From NCBI GenBank assembly GCA_964016885.1, contig OZ024743.1, forward strand, positions 41,106,001-41,170,000: DNA of 64,000 bases, in the 5' to 3' direction. The translations under genes were made by a program, and so were the position numbers. A model generated the notes under the pieces. The model was not told where the DNA came from. It did no database searches and worked only from the letters and a program-made list of their open reading frames with translations. Shown piece after piece: positions 18,560 to 33,167 of the stretch. The first letter of the stretch is position 1. The number at the start of each line of letters is the position of its first letter. Source of the DNA: Eledone cirrhosa. Lineage: Eukaryota.

Positions 18560-19469
18560 ATACAGGCACACACACACGCACACGCACACACACACACACA
18601 TATATATATATATACATTATATATCTGTAATATTATACGAATGAATGGTAATGACATTTATTTCAATACTATGCAACCTACTTAATGAGAAAACCACCTA
18701 GTCTAATTACGTATATGTACGTATCCTTCACATGTTATAATCACTTTCTCTTGAGGATCTCTTTATAAGTGTGCCTTGTGTTACATTACAGCTTCTGTAA
18801 TTAATTCCCCTTTCTTGCAATAGCAATCCAAATGGCAATGGGTATATAGCACACTAGTGGAAATTACATTAAAAGGAATTTCCATCCAAATCTAATTAAG
18901 CTAAATGGCAATTATGTTCTGGGATATAGCGAGAAGTGTGTTTGTTTTTGGTTTTATTTGATGTTAGTATATGCAAAGTTTTTGGCCGTGAGGCAAAGTA
19001 GAATTTCAGCAATGAGACTGAAATATTCTGTACTGATGAGATTTAGTTTCTATTATATGTGATGCCAACTCATTCATTGACTAATTTAAGTATATTCCCA
19101 TTAAGAACGTCGTGACATTAAAACAATTGCCCCATTCATCCATGGTCTGCACGATTGTTGTTCTTGCTAATAATTAGCTGAATTGTTAAAAATTTGAGGA
19201 TACTTAATGGAAACAAGTCATACTCGTAATATATCCACACACAAAACATATAGGTGCTTGCATACGTACATATCTAATTATATAAACACTCCCGCTTACA
19301 CAAATATATATACAATTTATATATATATATAGAGAGAGAGATTGTATATATATTGTGTAAGCGTGAGTGTTTATATAATTATATATATATATATATATAT
19401 ATATACATACAAGCAAATTATAAATGTAAACATGTAAGTATGTTTTTGAATCGGTGCGCGAGTTTGAAA

Positions 19470-19820
19470 ATTAGAAATTAGAAATTATAAGCTTTCACCG
19501 TATTTTAGACTAAATAAATTTCTAGCCTGATAGTGGGGTTTATAACCCTCGGAGAAATGGAAAAAGATGAGTGTTGCCGTACATGGGAGTCGAACCCACA
19601 TCTTGCTAAGTTCATAGCTTCTAATTCGAATGGAAGGAGACGGGATGTGTATTGGTGTAATGGTACCACAGTGGTCCGGATAACCAAAGATGTGGGTTCG
19701 ACTCCCAAGGACGGCAACACTCATTTTTTCCATTTCTCCGAGGGTTATAAACCCCACTATCAGGCTAGAAATTTCTTTAGTCTAAAATACGGTGAAAGCT
19801 TATCATTTCTAATTTCTAAT
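19470..19820. mobile_element. tRNA-headed SINE-like element with an inverted duplicate of its 3' part
   Basis: Arms 19470-19604 and 19687-19820; A box tggtgtaatgg (~19653), B box ggttcgactcc (~19695). Confidence 0.75.
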
Positions 19821-20161
19821 ATATATATATATATATATACACCCTTACATAATATAAATATGTCCATAAACATACGTGTTTGAATATACGTACATATTTG
19901 TATATACGTACTTATTTGTATATACATGCATAAACTGACATATCTAGAACTTGTTAGAACGAAACACAAATAGTAAAATATAGCACTACATACATTAGGA
20001 AAGAGAGACTTCCTAATTTAAACAGTTAATTGTTTGGAGTAAAATTGAATTTGTAAATTATTAATTGCATTACCAAACTAAATAGATATTCTTCTCTTTT
20101 TTGCGGAAGAGATACAAAATATTATGTAGTAGGAAATCCATGTTCTCTCTCTCTCTATCTG

Positions 20162-20197
<36 letters not shown>

Positions 20198-20602
20198 TAA
20201 CTCACACACACACACTCACACACACACACACATATATATATATATGTATATTATATATTTAAAGACATATATACATATATTTCAACTTTTAACCCGAAGG
20301 ACACGAAGAATCTACACATCATCCAACTAAACCAAAACATCGTACTAAAAAGCCAACACTAAAAAAAAACATCGTTCCTTTGTCCGTGTTGAACACTAAT
20401 TCGGGCTGTTTGTTTAAAAACAAAGCGAGCATTATAATAAATGTTCGGTTAACCCATACGTACATATATATATGTGTGCATGTATATACATACTACTGTA
20501 CGTCTGTATACATATATGTATGTACGTATACATACTTATATTTAAGTATCAGCCGTACTAAGAGTGAGAAAGGAAATTTTATTTTTTCCATTGATATATA
20601 TA

Positions 20603-20664
<62 letters not shown>

Positions 20665-20960
20665 TATATATATATAAATATATATATATATAAATATATA
20701 TATATATAGAGAGAGAGAGATTGTATATATATATATTTGTGTAAGTGTGTGTGTTTATATAGTTAATTGTCTGGTGTAAAATTGAATTCGTAAATTATTA
20801 ATTGCTTTACTTAACCAAACCAAAATATTATGTAGTAGGAAATCCATGTTCTCTTTCTCTATCTGTCTCTCCCACACACACACTCACTCACGCACACACA
20901 CGCACACACACATATATATATATGTATATTATATATTTACAGACATATATATATATCATA

Positions 20961-21093
20961 TTAAAGTTTAAGCAAAGTTTCGCTGCTTTCACCCTTAACG
21001 GGATCTTCTGAAACTAAAAAAGTAAATCTGTGAACCCAGAAGTAAATATTTAAAAAATGTTGCAACCGAAGGAAGAGAGGAAGACGATACTTT
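20961..21093 (-). repeat. Dispersed repeat family Y (also 38538-38778 +, 32529-32593 +, 61498-61718)
   Basis: Shared 'cagaagatcccgttaagggtgaaa' and/or 'ccttatcgagccctctttggattttagtcttca'. Confidence 0.75.
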
Positions 21094-21183
21094 GGTTCGT
21101 TGAAAGGCTTCCTGGCAAAGAACGAAAAAAAACGAAATAAAAAAAAAATATATATATATATGTGTGTGTGTATATATATATTC

Positions 21184-21426
21184 ATAGGAAAATGTTTGAC
21201 CCCGTCGACAGAGCTCACGCCGTTTCGACGGCTCTTTCTGGACGCATGGTGCGGGTAATGAAACTTGAGGCGGGTGGAAAAGTAAGGATATGGCGTGGTT
21301 GTGTCGTAAACGGCTTGAGCGCTGCTGTCGGGGTCAAACATTTTCCTGTTACCCATTCTACTACCCTAAGTATTGAGTACTCTGGAGCGTTGTGGTCCAT
21401 CTGGTTCCTTACCACACCTCCTCCGT

Positions 21427-21428
<2 letters not shown>
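21184..21428. repeat. Family X copy with inverted architecture
   Basis: 21184-21232 is the reverse complement of 21303-21350; matches the 22.4-22.8 kb monomer. Confidence 0.8.
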
Positions 21429-21467
<39 letters not shown>

Positions 21468-21560
21468 TTATATATATACATATACGTGTATGTGTGTGTC
21501 TGTATTTGCAGGGTGTTACCAGTCTAGACAAGTAAGAGCATTGTTCAGCTTAGCACTCGT

Positions 21561-21616
<56 letters not shown>

Positions 21617-21630
21617 CATATATATATATT

Positions 21631-21662
<32 letters not shown>

Positions 21663-21663
21663 T

Positions 21664-22377
21664 AAGTAAATAATCGAGAATCAGAATTTCGGCCCACGAA
21701 ATGACGATAAACAAACTTCGACATGTGTGGCAGAGGGCTCAATAGTTTGGATGAACCAGTGCTATAACTATCGTTAAAATACCAACACATAAAGACGATG
21801 CTTAGAATCAATCGCACAGCCGAAAAATACGACCAGGAAAATTCGGGTCACTCAAATAAAAAATTAATAAATTAATAGATTAAATGAATGTAAAAAACTC
21901 ACCCGGACCCGCTAGATGGATGTTAAATTCTAGCTTTTTAGGTTTCTGCAGTTCCTTAATCAATTACTGTCAGCCCACATAAAAAATATCTGACTTCTAG
22001 TAAAGATGAACGTGGAACCTGCTTTGTCAACGGATGTTTCGTTCAAGAATACAGGGGGACCTGTTACTGGACGCACGTGTAGTCCAGCAAGGGAGCGAAC
22101 CCCTATATATGGCGAAAAAATTCAGTAAGTGTAAATTTTGTAAGAACACAAAAAATCACATATCGAATAAGAGTTCTCAACAGACGTGTTAAAATAAACA
22201 AGAGCTATTCATCAGTCAATAAGATCAGCTAAAAAATCAATAAAATTAACTGGTCAATAGGTAAAGTCTGGAGATTAATACAAGTAAATAATCGAAAATC
22301 AGAATTTCGGCCCACGAAACAACGATAAACAAACTTCGACATGTGTAGCAGAGGGCTCAATAGTTTGGATGAACCAG
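21664..22377. repeat. Element bounded by ~95-bp direct repeats (21664-21759, 22282-22377)
   Basis: 'aagtaaataatcga..atcagaatttcggcccacgaaa...tttggatgaaccag' occurs twice; TA on both sides. Confidence 0.75.
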
Positions 22378-22380
22378 AGC

Positions 22381-22440
<60 letters not shown>

Positions 22441-22441
<1 letters not shown>

Positions 22442-22863
22442 CGAAGGAAATGTGGTAAGGAACCAGGTGGTCCATAACGCACCAAAGTACTCAATACTTA
22501 GGGTAGTAGAGTGGGTAATAGGAACAAGTAAGACCCCGACGGCTGAGCTCAGGCCGTTTGGACGGCTAATTCTGGGTTCGCATGGTGCGGGTGAAAGAAA
22601 TTGAGCTTAGCGGAAAAGTCTGGATACGGGGTGGTAGGGTCGGAAAGTGCTCTACTACGGGGATAGGAGCTAGATAACGAAGGAAATGTGGTAAGGAACC
22701 AGGTGGACCATAACCCACCAATGTACTCAATAGTTACGGTAATAGAGTGGGTAATAGGAACAAGTAAGACCCCGACGGCTGAGCTCAAGCCGTTACGACG
22801 GCTAATTCTGACCCAGAATTAGCCGTCGAAACGGCTTGAGCTCAGCCGTCGGGTTCTTACTTG

Positions 22864-22866
<3 letters not shown>
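22441..22866. repeat. Family X: ~1.6 tandem 236-bp monomers plus terminal inversion
   Basis: 'acgaaggaaatgtggtaaggaaccagg' at 22441 and 22677; fold-back 'ggctaattctg-acc-cagaattagcc' near 22812. Confidence 0.85.
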
Positions 22867-22905
<39 letters not shown>

Positions 22906-22927
22906 TATATATATAAATATATATAAA

Positions 22928-22977
<50 letters not shown>

Positions 22978-22980
22978 TGT

Positions 22981-23025
<45 letters not shown>

Positions 23026-23064
23026 TATATATATATATATAAATATGTATATATATATATAAAT

Positions 23065-23095
<31 letters not shown>

Positions 23096-23200
23096 AATAT
23101 ATATATATAAATATATATATATAATTATATATATATATATAAATAAATATATATATATATATATATATAAATATATATGTATATATAAAAAAATATATAT

Positions 23201-23231
<31 letters not shown>

Positions 23232-23343
23232 AATAAATATATATATATATATAAATATGTATATATATATAAATATGTATATATATAAATAAATATATAT
23301 ATATATATAAATATATATATATATAAATAAATATATATATATA

Positions 23344-23375
<32 letters not shown>

Positions 23376-23401
23376 AATATATATATATAGATATATAAAA
23401 T

Positions 23402-23440
<39 letters not shown>

Positions 23441-23499
23441 AATATATAAAATATATATATATATATAAATAGATATATAAAATATACATATATATATAC

Positions 23500-23533
<34 letters not shown>

Positions 23534-23547
23534 GTATATATATAAAT

Positions 23548-23582
<35 letters not shown>

Positions 23583-23583
23583 A

Positions 23584-23614
<31 letters not shown>

Positions 23615-23631
23615 AATATATATATATATAA

Positions 23632-23716
<85 letters not shown>

Positions 23717-23737
23717 AATATATGTATATATATATAT

Positions 23738-23796
<59 letters not shown>

Positions 23797-23797
23797 G

Positions 23798-23958
23798 ATA
23801 TAATTGTTTCTACTTTGGGCACAAGGCCAGCAATTACCCAGTGCAATACTGGTACTTTATTTTATCGACCCCGGAAGGATGAAAGGCAAAGTTAACCTCG
23901 GCGGGATTTGAACTTAGATCATACAAGGGAGGTAACTCTATGCTTCAAAGCATGGCGT
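23798..23958 (-). mobile_element. tRNA-derived Meta-domain-like SINE, cut by the assembly gap
   Basis: Reverse strand has 'aactttgcctttcatccttccggggtcgataaaataaagtaccag'. Confidence 0.85.
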
Positions 23959-24158
23959 NNNNNNNNNNNNNNNNNNNNNNNNNNNNNNNNNNNNNNNNNN
24001 NNNNNNNNNNNNNNNNNNNNNNNNNNNNNNNNNNNNNNNNNNNNNNNNNNNNNNNNNNNNNNNNNNNNNNNNNNNNNNNNNNNNNNNNNNNNNNNNNNNN
24101 NNNNNNNNNNNNNNNNNNNNNNNNNNNNNNNNNNNNNNNNNNNNNNNNNNNNNNNNNN
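23959..24158. other. Assembly gap (200 N)
   Basis: Run of N. Confidence 1.
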
Positions 24159-24780
24159 AAGAAACAGAGCTAAGCCCCTTATAACCCTGAAAAAAATACT
24201 ACGGAGGCGGAGGGGGTATTTATATCGGGGCCGTAGAGGAGGTGGTTAAGGAGGCGAGAAGTATGAGTAATGGCAGCTTTCCAGCAGTCACTACACTTCA
24301 AAGATTACTCGACCAGAGGACACATACATTCATGTGTATGTATGTGTCCGCATGTATCTGTGTGTTTCTCAATCTATTGTTTATAACTCCCTCTGGTCGA
24401 GTAATCTTTGAAGTGTAGTGACTGCTGGAAAGCTGCCATTACTCATACTTCTTGCCTCCTTAACCACCTCTTCTACGGCCTCGATATAAATACCCCCTCC
24501 GCATCAGTGGTATTTTTTTCAGGGTTATAAGGGGCTTAGCTCTGTTTCTTGACCGTTGTATCACGTGACTGACTCCCCCTCCGCCTTTTGGGATTCTATC
24601 TCACATCTTATACACGTGTTCTTGAGGCTAGTAAAATGATGTACCCTCTTGATAAGTCGGCAGGCCTCACAAAAGCTCTATATCTCTATGATGTATTGGT
24701 TTTGATTATGCCACGAAACTACGTAGTCGAGGAATCTAGAAGCAGTTTAGGTATGATACATCTTATTTCTCTCTTCATAA
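24159..24780. mobile_element. PLE-like terminal fragment with ~160-bp inverted arms (24159-24319 / 24390-24550) and a downstream hammerhead
   Basis: Arms are reverse complements with a few substitutions. Confidence 0.75.
24645..24732 (+). ncRNA. Type I hammerhead, U3-A8 core, long loop II
   Basis: CCTC-TTGATAA-gtcggca...tgccac-GAAA-ctacgtag-TC-GAGG. Confidence 0.75.
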
Positions 24781-25679
24781 TATATATATAAATATATATA
24801 TATATAAATAGCCTAAGAAAATATATATATGCCTATGTATATAATTACATGCATACATTTATTTTCTTTTATTAATTGAGTTCTTTACACGAGGAATTAA
24901 TATTGGTTTTGAAATAACTAATTAACCCGCGTGTGTTTTATATTTTACTCTTAATTGGGCCGGAGATTTACATTCCCATTTGCCCTTCAAAGCATAACTT
25001 TCTGTATTTGCTGCGGTTATGAGATGCGGTTCTTATTCGGGTACAACTTCTGATTTTAGCCGAAGAAAATATCTATATGCGTGTGTAATTTATACACGCA
25101 TATATTTATTTGTTTATTTTCAATTGAGTTCTTAACACGTTGGATTGATAATGTTTTCAAAAAAACTAATTAACCCGCGTGTATATTATTTTTTTCCTCC
25201 TTTCGTGGATCGTAGTTGTGTCCCCTTCCCGCTTAGTGTCGCTAAGATACTTCCTCAGTCAAAAACTGCTGGAATTTCAAATTTGGCGGTCATTCGAGGC
25301 GAGAAGGAGCAACTTAACAGACACGATTTTTGAGTGCGGTAAGAATTTCTTTCTTATATCAAAGTTTAATGGGCTTCCACTGCTGATTTATAAACGCCCA
25401 CCTAAATATATTCTTACATGAATATATATTAGGCTTCTAAATAAACTGGAAACATTCTCCCAAACTTGTAGAAAACTTATAATGAAACAATTGTTTGGAA
25501 AGAGAGATATACTTAAACTTTAATTATATCTCATAAAATAATACAAGTGGTTTTTCCACATTATACATATTGTTAGCACCCCAAACACTTAAATTGGGTT
25601 TATATTTTAATATAACCTAATGTTTGTTGAGTGAGATGGTTACCAGTCAGAGTTTAGCTTTAAACTATCTCTGTTATTG

Positions 25680-25717
<38 letters not shown>

Positions 25718-25718
25718 C

Positions 25719-25828
<110 letters not shown>

Positions 25829-27244
25829 TATGCATATATAAGCACACACACATGCACACACGAATCACTTGAATAATGTGAAGTTCATAAGAAAATGCAA
25901 TATGAGCCCGTGCTTAAAAAATATCTTTAAAGACGGTGGTTGCTATTAATAGCTTATAAAACGGGTAACGATCCTTTTAGGCGGAAAGAAGTTACCAGCT
26001 GCAAGATGTTGTTGAGAAGAGGTCCTTCACATAAATAGCTTATACCTGGTATCTGAGCTGGTGTCTAAACTGGTATGTGAGCAATATATATATAGAAAAA
26101 GCGATAGAGAGAGTTAGAGAGAGAATGATTGAGAGAGGGAAGATGAGATTGGAAATAGCACTGAAAATATATTTAAGGGTCTGTTTTTTCTTTTTTTCCC
26201 TTCCTTTGATTCGTCAAATTGACACAATTGAAAAAAATGAGAGGATCAATTCTTTTTAAAAAAGAGTTTTATAATGTATATTAAGTATATAAAGTATCAC
26301 CGATTTCGATGTATTAGTAAATTTCATCTTATCAAATGTTGAGTATTACAATAAAAAAAAATTAACAAGGATTTAAATATAAAAATTAATGATTTAAAAT
26401 TAAGTGTTGCGGTAAGTTTTTCATTATCCTTGTAGAGAGTGAGACAGTAAATATATACATGTTTGTAAATAATATTATTGTTTCTTCCCCGTTTCCTTAA
26501 CATGTTCAACATCACATCATTTCTCTCCAACATTTTACACCAGTACAAATTTTCCCCTTTGATAATGCATAAAATGCTGAATCCGGGAATAGACAATTAT
26601 TTAATATATAAATAAATAAATAAATGCCACTGTTATTTCATAAATAAATTAACTAATACCTTAACACTTCACACAAAGTAAAATATTTTGTTTTGAACAT
26701 TTTCTAGCTGAGATAAAAAAAATAAAAAAATTTGTCTTCCTAATAATCGTCTTTTTCTCCCTATTTTCATATATATATATATATATATGTGCATATATAT
26801 ATATATTCACGTGGCACCTACTGCCAAGGCAGTTCGGTCGTCGGTGCTGAATGCTCTCTAACACTTCTTCGGTCACCACCACCCCTCATCTCTATTCACG
26901 CACCGAATTTCCTCGCACTTTGCAGCCTAGCCGTTCACGTTTGTACCGCTGTAGCTTCGCCGATTGCAATGGAATCTTTAGGTTACCGTTTGACTTCACC
27001 AAATCAGGAGGAGGACATCTAACATGGTGACGGTTGCCCGTTCGGTGACATGCCTGTTCCAGCATACTGCTATCAATTCCTCTTCGCCCGTTGTTCAATT
27101 ACTACGACTTGACCCTGGTGTGCAGCTAAGATATAACGTCTTGCCAATAGCATAACATTTCCGCCTCCTCCATATCTATTTAAGTATAGATTTAGCTTCC
27201 CGGCTTCACTTGTTTTCTTTTGCCTTATTTCAAATGTGTGCGCG

Positions 27245-27492
<248 letters not shown>

Positions 27493-27575
27493 TATATATA
27501 TATATATATACCCACATATATATATAAATATACACACATATATATATATATAAATATACACACATATATATATAT

Positions 27576-27644
<69 letters not shown>

Positions 27645-27663
27645 TATATATATATATATATAT

Positions 27664-27754
<91 letters not shown>

Positions 27755-27767
27755 TATATATATATAT

Positions 27768-27843
<76 letters not shown>

Positions 27844-27848
27844 GCACA

Positions 27849-27970
<122 letters not shown>

Positions 27971-29190
27971 TAAAGAATTATTGAGGTTCAATTAAATGAG
28001 AAGCTGCTTAATCTTTAGGTTCTCTTCAAAAACATTCCACTTTTCCCTTATTTATTGAGGGATTTCAGTTGTCCAATTAGTATAGATTTTCTGTTCCATT
28101 TTATCGGTCAACAGAGCATCGTTCTTCCACAGAATTGCAAGGAAACCACTGGCCTGAAGAAACAGGCAACGTGTAACGTGGACTATTCCGTAAGGCAATG
28201 CTTTCGGCATCTGATCCGCGGGAGCAGCCAAGAATGCAGAGTCTGCCTTCTTCCGATTTCTCACCACTTTCATTTTTCTCTCTCTTTCGCTTCTTGTAAA
28301 TATATATTTTGTGTTAATAAACTAATATTCGATTTTATTTAAATTAAATAAAATGTATAATATCTAAAGGAAGAGTAACTTAAAAAACAATCAAGAGCTT
28401 TGTTACCCTTTTCAGTATAAATGTTTCTTCATCTTCATGTTGTAAAGCTAAGCAACTCATTTAATCGATATATAATCAATTAATGGAGTTTATTTTAGCA
28501 CAACTTATATGTCGCTGCTTTTATCATTATTTTCCTTTAATGCTCATGCGTGTCACTTGGTTTTCTTAAAACAAGATTTCGTCAAATTATGTATATCATA
28601 CTACATAACGCACTTAAAAGGCGAAGGAGGTACCAAGTGAATTTTTGATCAAAGAAAAATATCTTAAACACTTTTGTTGTCATTGTTATTATCATCATTC
28701 TTATCATTAATGTAAGATGTTTTAAACAATAGTAATTCCAATGTTATTCAACTTCCAGCCTGAAGATCAAACATATGCTGGGTGATATTTTATGAAATAC
28801 TCTCGCTGCGTGGTTAGTTAGTAGTCAATTTTATTTCTTCTTATCACGAACTAAATCGAAATATCAGTTGCCAGCAATATCCATTATTGCCAGACTTTAA
28901 GGTTTATATTGTTTTTGCTGTATTGTATTCTATTTTTCATTTGTAGTTTGAATAAATGTGGTGTAGAATAGCCATTGTTGTTTGAACCCCCATAGGTAGC
29001 TATTAATTAAAAGAAAGACGTATGTTTGCAGGGCGAGATATGTTATGTATTATGTTATTAACAGATACAGACGTACATTTCTTGAATATGTGATGTGTGG
29101 TATATCATATATATACTCATTGTCACACATGCTGTGTATATATATAATTATATATATATATATATATATATATAAACCAATTACACGCAT

Positions 29191-29245
<55 letters not shown>

Positions 29246-29797
29246 TATATCTATACATTACATACACGCACAAAACTAGAATCTATTTTAATTATATAAG
29301 TTATTTTAGTATACATATTGGGTAAAATATCCAACTTTGATATTTCAAAACCACTGTACTTTGTATCAAAGCCATAATGCGATTTCGTGGAAACAATAGT
29401 CTTATATAGCAACTAAATGGCATTTAAATTACACATAATTATTTTAACATCTGAAGAATACATTTTATCCCAAGAATTTTCGTCGAGAAAACGGGATACG
29501 TCTTCTGATAGACATAAACACAACCGTGTCTATTCCACTGGTCAATCTGTTATAACTCTAGACGTTAGTTGAAATCAAATCTAAAATGTGATGCATTCTT
29601 CAAACTTTTTATTTATTACATCCGTAAAAGTAGGAAATGTATCTTTTGTATATTTTAAATGAGAGAAAAATGACCTAGGCGCATTGGTTAAAACTAGGAT
29701 TTAGCGTTGGGGCATTTTCGGTTAGTGCATAATTGGTAAATACGAGAACTATAAGTTTCATACATGCATATATACACCTAATCGCGCACGTACATGG

Positions 29798-29897
<100 letters not shown>

Positions 29898-30255
29898 AAT
29901 AGCTCTGACAGTTGGCAAGTAAACAGTAAACGGTACGGATGAAGGGTAATCACCCAGAAACTTTAGTATCTCTGTTTAAATACCGAATACAAGAGCCAAA
30001 ATAACCCCTCATATGGCTTAAAGAGGTTATTTGTCTGCAAACGCATCGAATATTGTTATTAATATTTGAAAAACTATTGTTAATATTTGAAAAGATTTAC
30101 ATTGCTATTATTCAGCTATGTAGAGCGATAACATTATTTGTTAGTTGTATATACATAAATATATATTTATATATATACTATGGATATGTTCGTATGTGGT
30201 TTTTTTCTATGGGTGCATATATATATATATATATGTGTGTATATATATGTATATA

Positions 30256-30326
<71 letters not shown>

Positions 30327-30395
30327 GTTATTCCGGGTTGAATCGGAGGTAACCACAGTAAGTAAGGTACTCAATACATAGCAGAGTATAACAGT

Positions 30396-30523
30396 TTTAA
30401 TATAGATGAGATTCTACAGGACTAGAACTGTTTCATTCATTTGAAATCATCAGGAATCACTGATGATTCCTGATGATTTCAAATGAATGAAACAGTTCTA
30501 GTCCTGTAGAATCTCATCTATAT

Positions 30524-30527
<4 letters not shown>
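30396..30527. mobile_element. Small fold-back element with a hammerhead on each arm
   Basis: Axis near 30461; + arm GATTC-CTGATGA-tttcaaatgaat-GAAA-cag..ctg-TA-GAATC (30465-30513); mirror 30410-30458; stem II is weak. Confidence 0.75.
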
Positions 30528-30590
<63 letters not shown>

Positions 30591-30607
30591 ATATATATGT
30601 GTGTATA

Positions 30608-30668
<61 letters not shown>

Positions 30669-30691
30669 ATATATATGTGTGTATATATATG

Positions 30692-30791
<100 letters not shown>

Positions 30792-30796
30792 TATGT

Positions 30797-31490
30797 ATAT
30801 TTGGGGAGGGTCATACTTGCGCAATATTGCCAGAATTAATAACAGAACACACTCACTGTTTGGTTGGTTTTCGCTTCTCGCTGTCTTTTATATATATATA
30901 TCTGCGATCTAACTTACTCGGTCCTCAATATTGCCATTGACTGACCGGCGGTCAAAAATAATACAGATACAATATAGACAAACACATATATATAGTTTAC
31001 ATAATTTACATAAATCTTTCGTTGCACATCTGCAACATCGTCAGTGGTGTTATATTCATTGTTCCTCCTGTTGTGTTGTATGTCTACGCCATTTTTTTGT
31101 TCAGTCTGTCTATATATTTATTTATTTATTTGCTTGTTTGTTTATCTTCTTTTATTTTGTCTTCTTTGCGCATGCGTTTGCGTGTGTGTATAGTGTTATG
31201 TGTGATGTGTGACTAGTGTGTATAGTGTTGTGTCTGCTGGGTGACTAGTGTGTGTTTATGTGCTTGTGTATGTATTTATTTATCTTATTTTATTTAATTT
31301 AATTTACTTATTTATTTATACTTCTCTTAGGTCAGTGTTGTTTGTTTGGGTGTTGTTGTTGTTCCACTCATTCTTTCTGTTTAGCTTTGGTCTTCTAATT
31401 TCTATTTCACTGGCCTCTCTGATTTGCCTATCTGCTGGGTCATTCCTATGTTTAGATATTATTCTAATTTCTATGTTGTCTATGTTACCG
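30797..31490 (-). mobile_element. Short 5'-truncated copy of PLE family 1 (end of GIY-YIG plus 3' UTR)
   Basis: Near-identical to 1915-2589. Confidence 0.92.
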
Positions 31491-31512
31491 CAAAACTAAT
31501 TCATCGCCGCTA

Positions 31513-31601
<89 letters not shown>

Positions 31602-31603
31602 AC

Positions 31604-31765
<162 letters not shown>

Positions 31766-31804
31766 TATATTAATAAATGGAAACTATATTTATAAAACCA
31801 TATT

Positions 31805-31869
31805 TATTTCATTATACATATTTCAGGGATACCACATTAAATTATGGTATGCCTTCATCAGACAAAATA
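31805..31869 (-). ncRNA. Type I hammerhead, family H3
   Basis: tattttgt-CTGATGA-aggcatacca..tggtatccct-GAAA-tatgta-TA-atgaaata; same family as 62.5-62.8 kb. Confidence 0.75.
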
Positions 31870-31985
31870 AATATATAACAGTTTTACAAATAGGTTTGAC
31901 GTACCCTTTAAATACAACCATTAGTTTTGAAGGCTGTCTGGATAGTGATTTATTCATATAATAATTCATAGTGTTAATCACAATT

Positions 31986-32325
31986 AGAAAAAGACCGAGA
32001 GAAAGAAAGAGAAAAGAACAAAGACAGAGAGAGAGAAAGAAAAGAGAAAGAAAAGAGAAAGAAAAGAGAAAGAAAAGAGACAGAAAAGAGAAAGAAAAGA
32101 GAAAGAAAAGAGAAAGAAAACCTGGATAAATATCGGAGAGAGAAAAGCATGGAGAAAAGAAAGAGATAGATAAAGATAGGAGGAAATAAAAAAGAAAGAA
32201 AAGGCAAAGGAAAGAATAAGAAAAACAAAGGAATAAGAAAAACAAAGGAAAGCAACAGAGAGATATCAAGTCATCATACAGAAAAAGAAACCCAAGAGAG
32301 AGAAATACTATATAGAGAGAGGGGG
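31986..32325. repeat. Purine-rich low-complexity tract with 11-bp GAAAAGAGAAA units
   Basis: Direct reading. Confidence 0.85.
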
Positions 32326-33167
32326 ACAGTGACGACTTTACGTCATGTCATATTAAGTTAAGTTAACAATTTATATGAAATGAATAATAAAAATATAAAC
32401 ATAAATATAAGTATCAATATTCATGAATGGGACATAGATATATAATATGAGAAATTAAACACTGTTCAATAATGACTATATGTTTAGTTTAGAAACTTGA
32501 GATCAATATACCAAAATCTGATTATACATTTGATATATATTTCTCCTTATCGAGTCCTCTTTGGAGTTTAGTCTTCATATTTATTATTATTACAATATAT
32601 ATATATATATTATTATTACAATATATATATATTTCTGTGTGTGTGAGTGTGTATGTGTGTGAGTGTGTGCGTGTGTGTGTGTAGGAACGGTAAGTGCAGT
32701 GTGTGTGTAATATACCACTGGCACGTGCACAAAGTAATGTAGCGGATATATTATTATGGATATATATATATATGCACCCATATTAAAAAACCACATACGC
32801 AGATATCCATAGTATATACATATTAATGTGCAATAGACAATGCAATGGTAAGCCGAAACTGGCAGAAAGGTAGAGGTGGAGAGAAAATTAGTGATTAACT
32901 ATCCAGAAAGATCAAATCAGATTAAAAGCAAATGTAATCGGTAAAATGATCCGCGTTGCTGCTGATCGATTTGACAAATTTCGCATCATAGAGTTGGATA
33001 TCGATATATTCTAATGGTAGAAATATGTATAGAATGATTGATTATCTTGATCCAGCCTAATTTTCTCTATAAATCGACAAACACACATATACACTGAAAA
33101 CTATTAGACAATTAAAATGTCCTAGATTCTCTAATGTTATATGGTCGGTTACGTTTCAACGGTCAGT

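Noticed and set aside
19640-19720. Possible tRNA gene
   Set aside because: A and B boxes are present but there is no convincing acceptor or anticodon stem; treated as a SINE head.
26808-27240. GC-richer island as a possible exon or retroelement fragment
   Set aside because: No recognisable motif in any frame and several stops; it cannot be assigned by eye.
28052-28273. 73-aa ORF as a possible exon
   Set aside because: No domain similarity or splice support visible.
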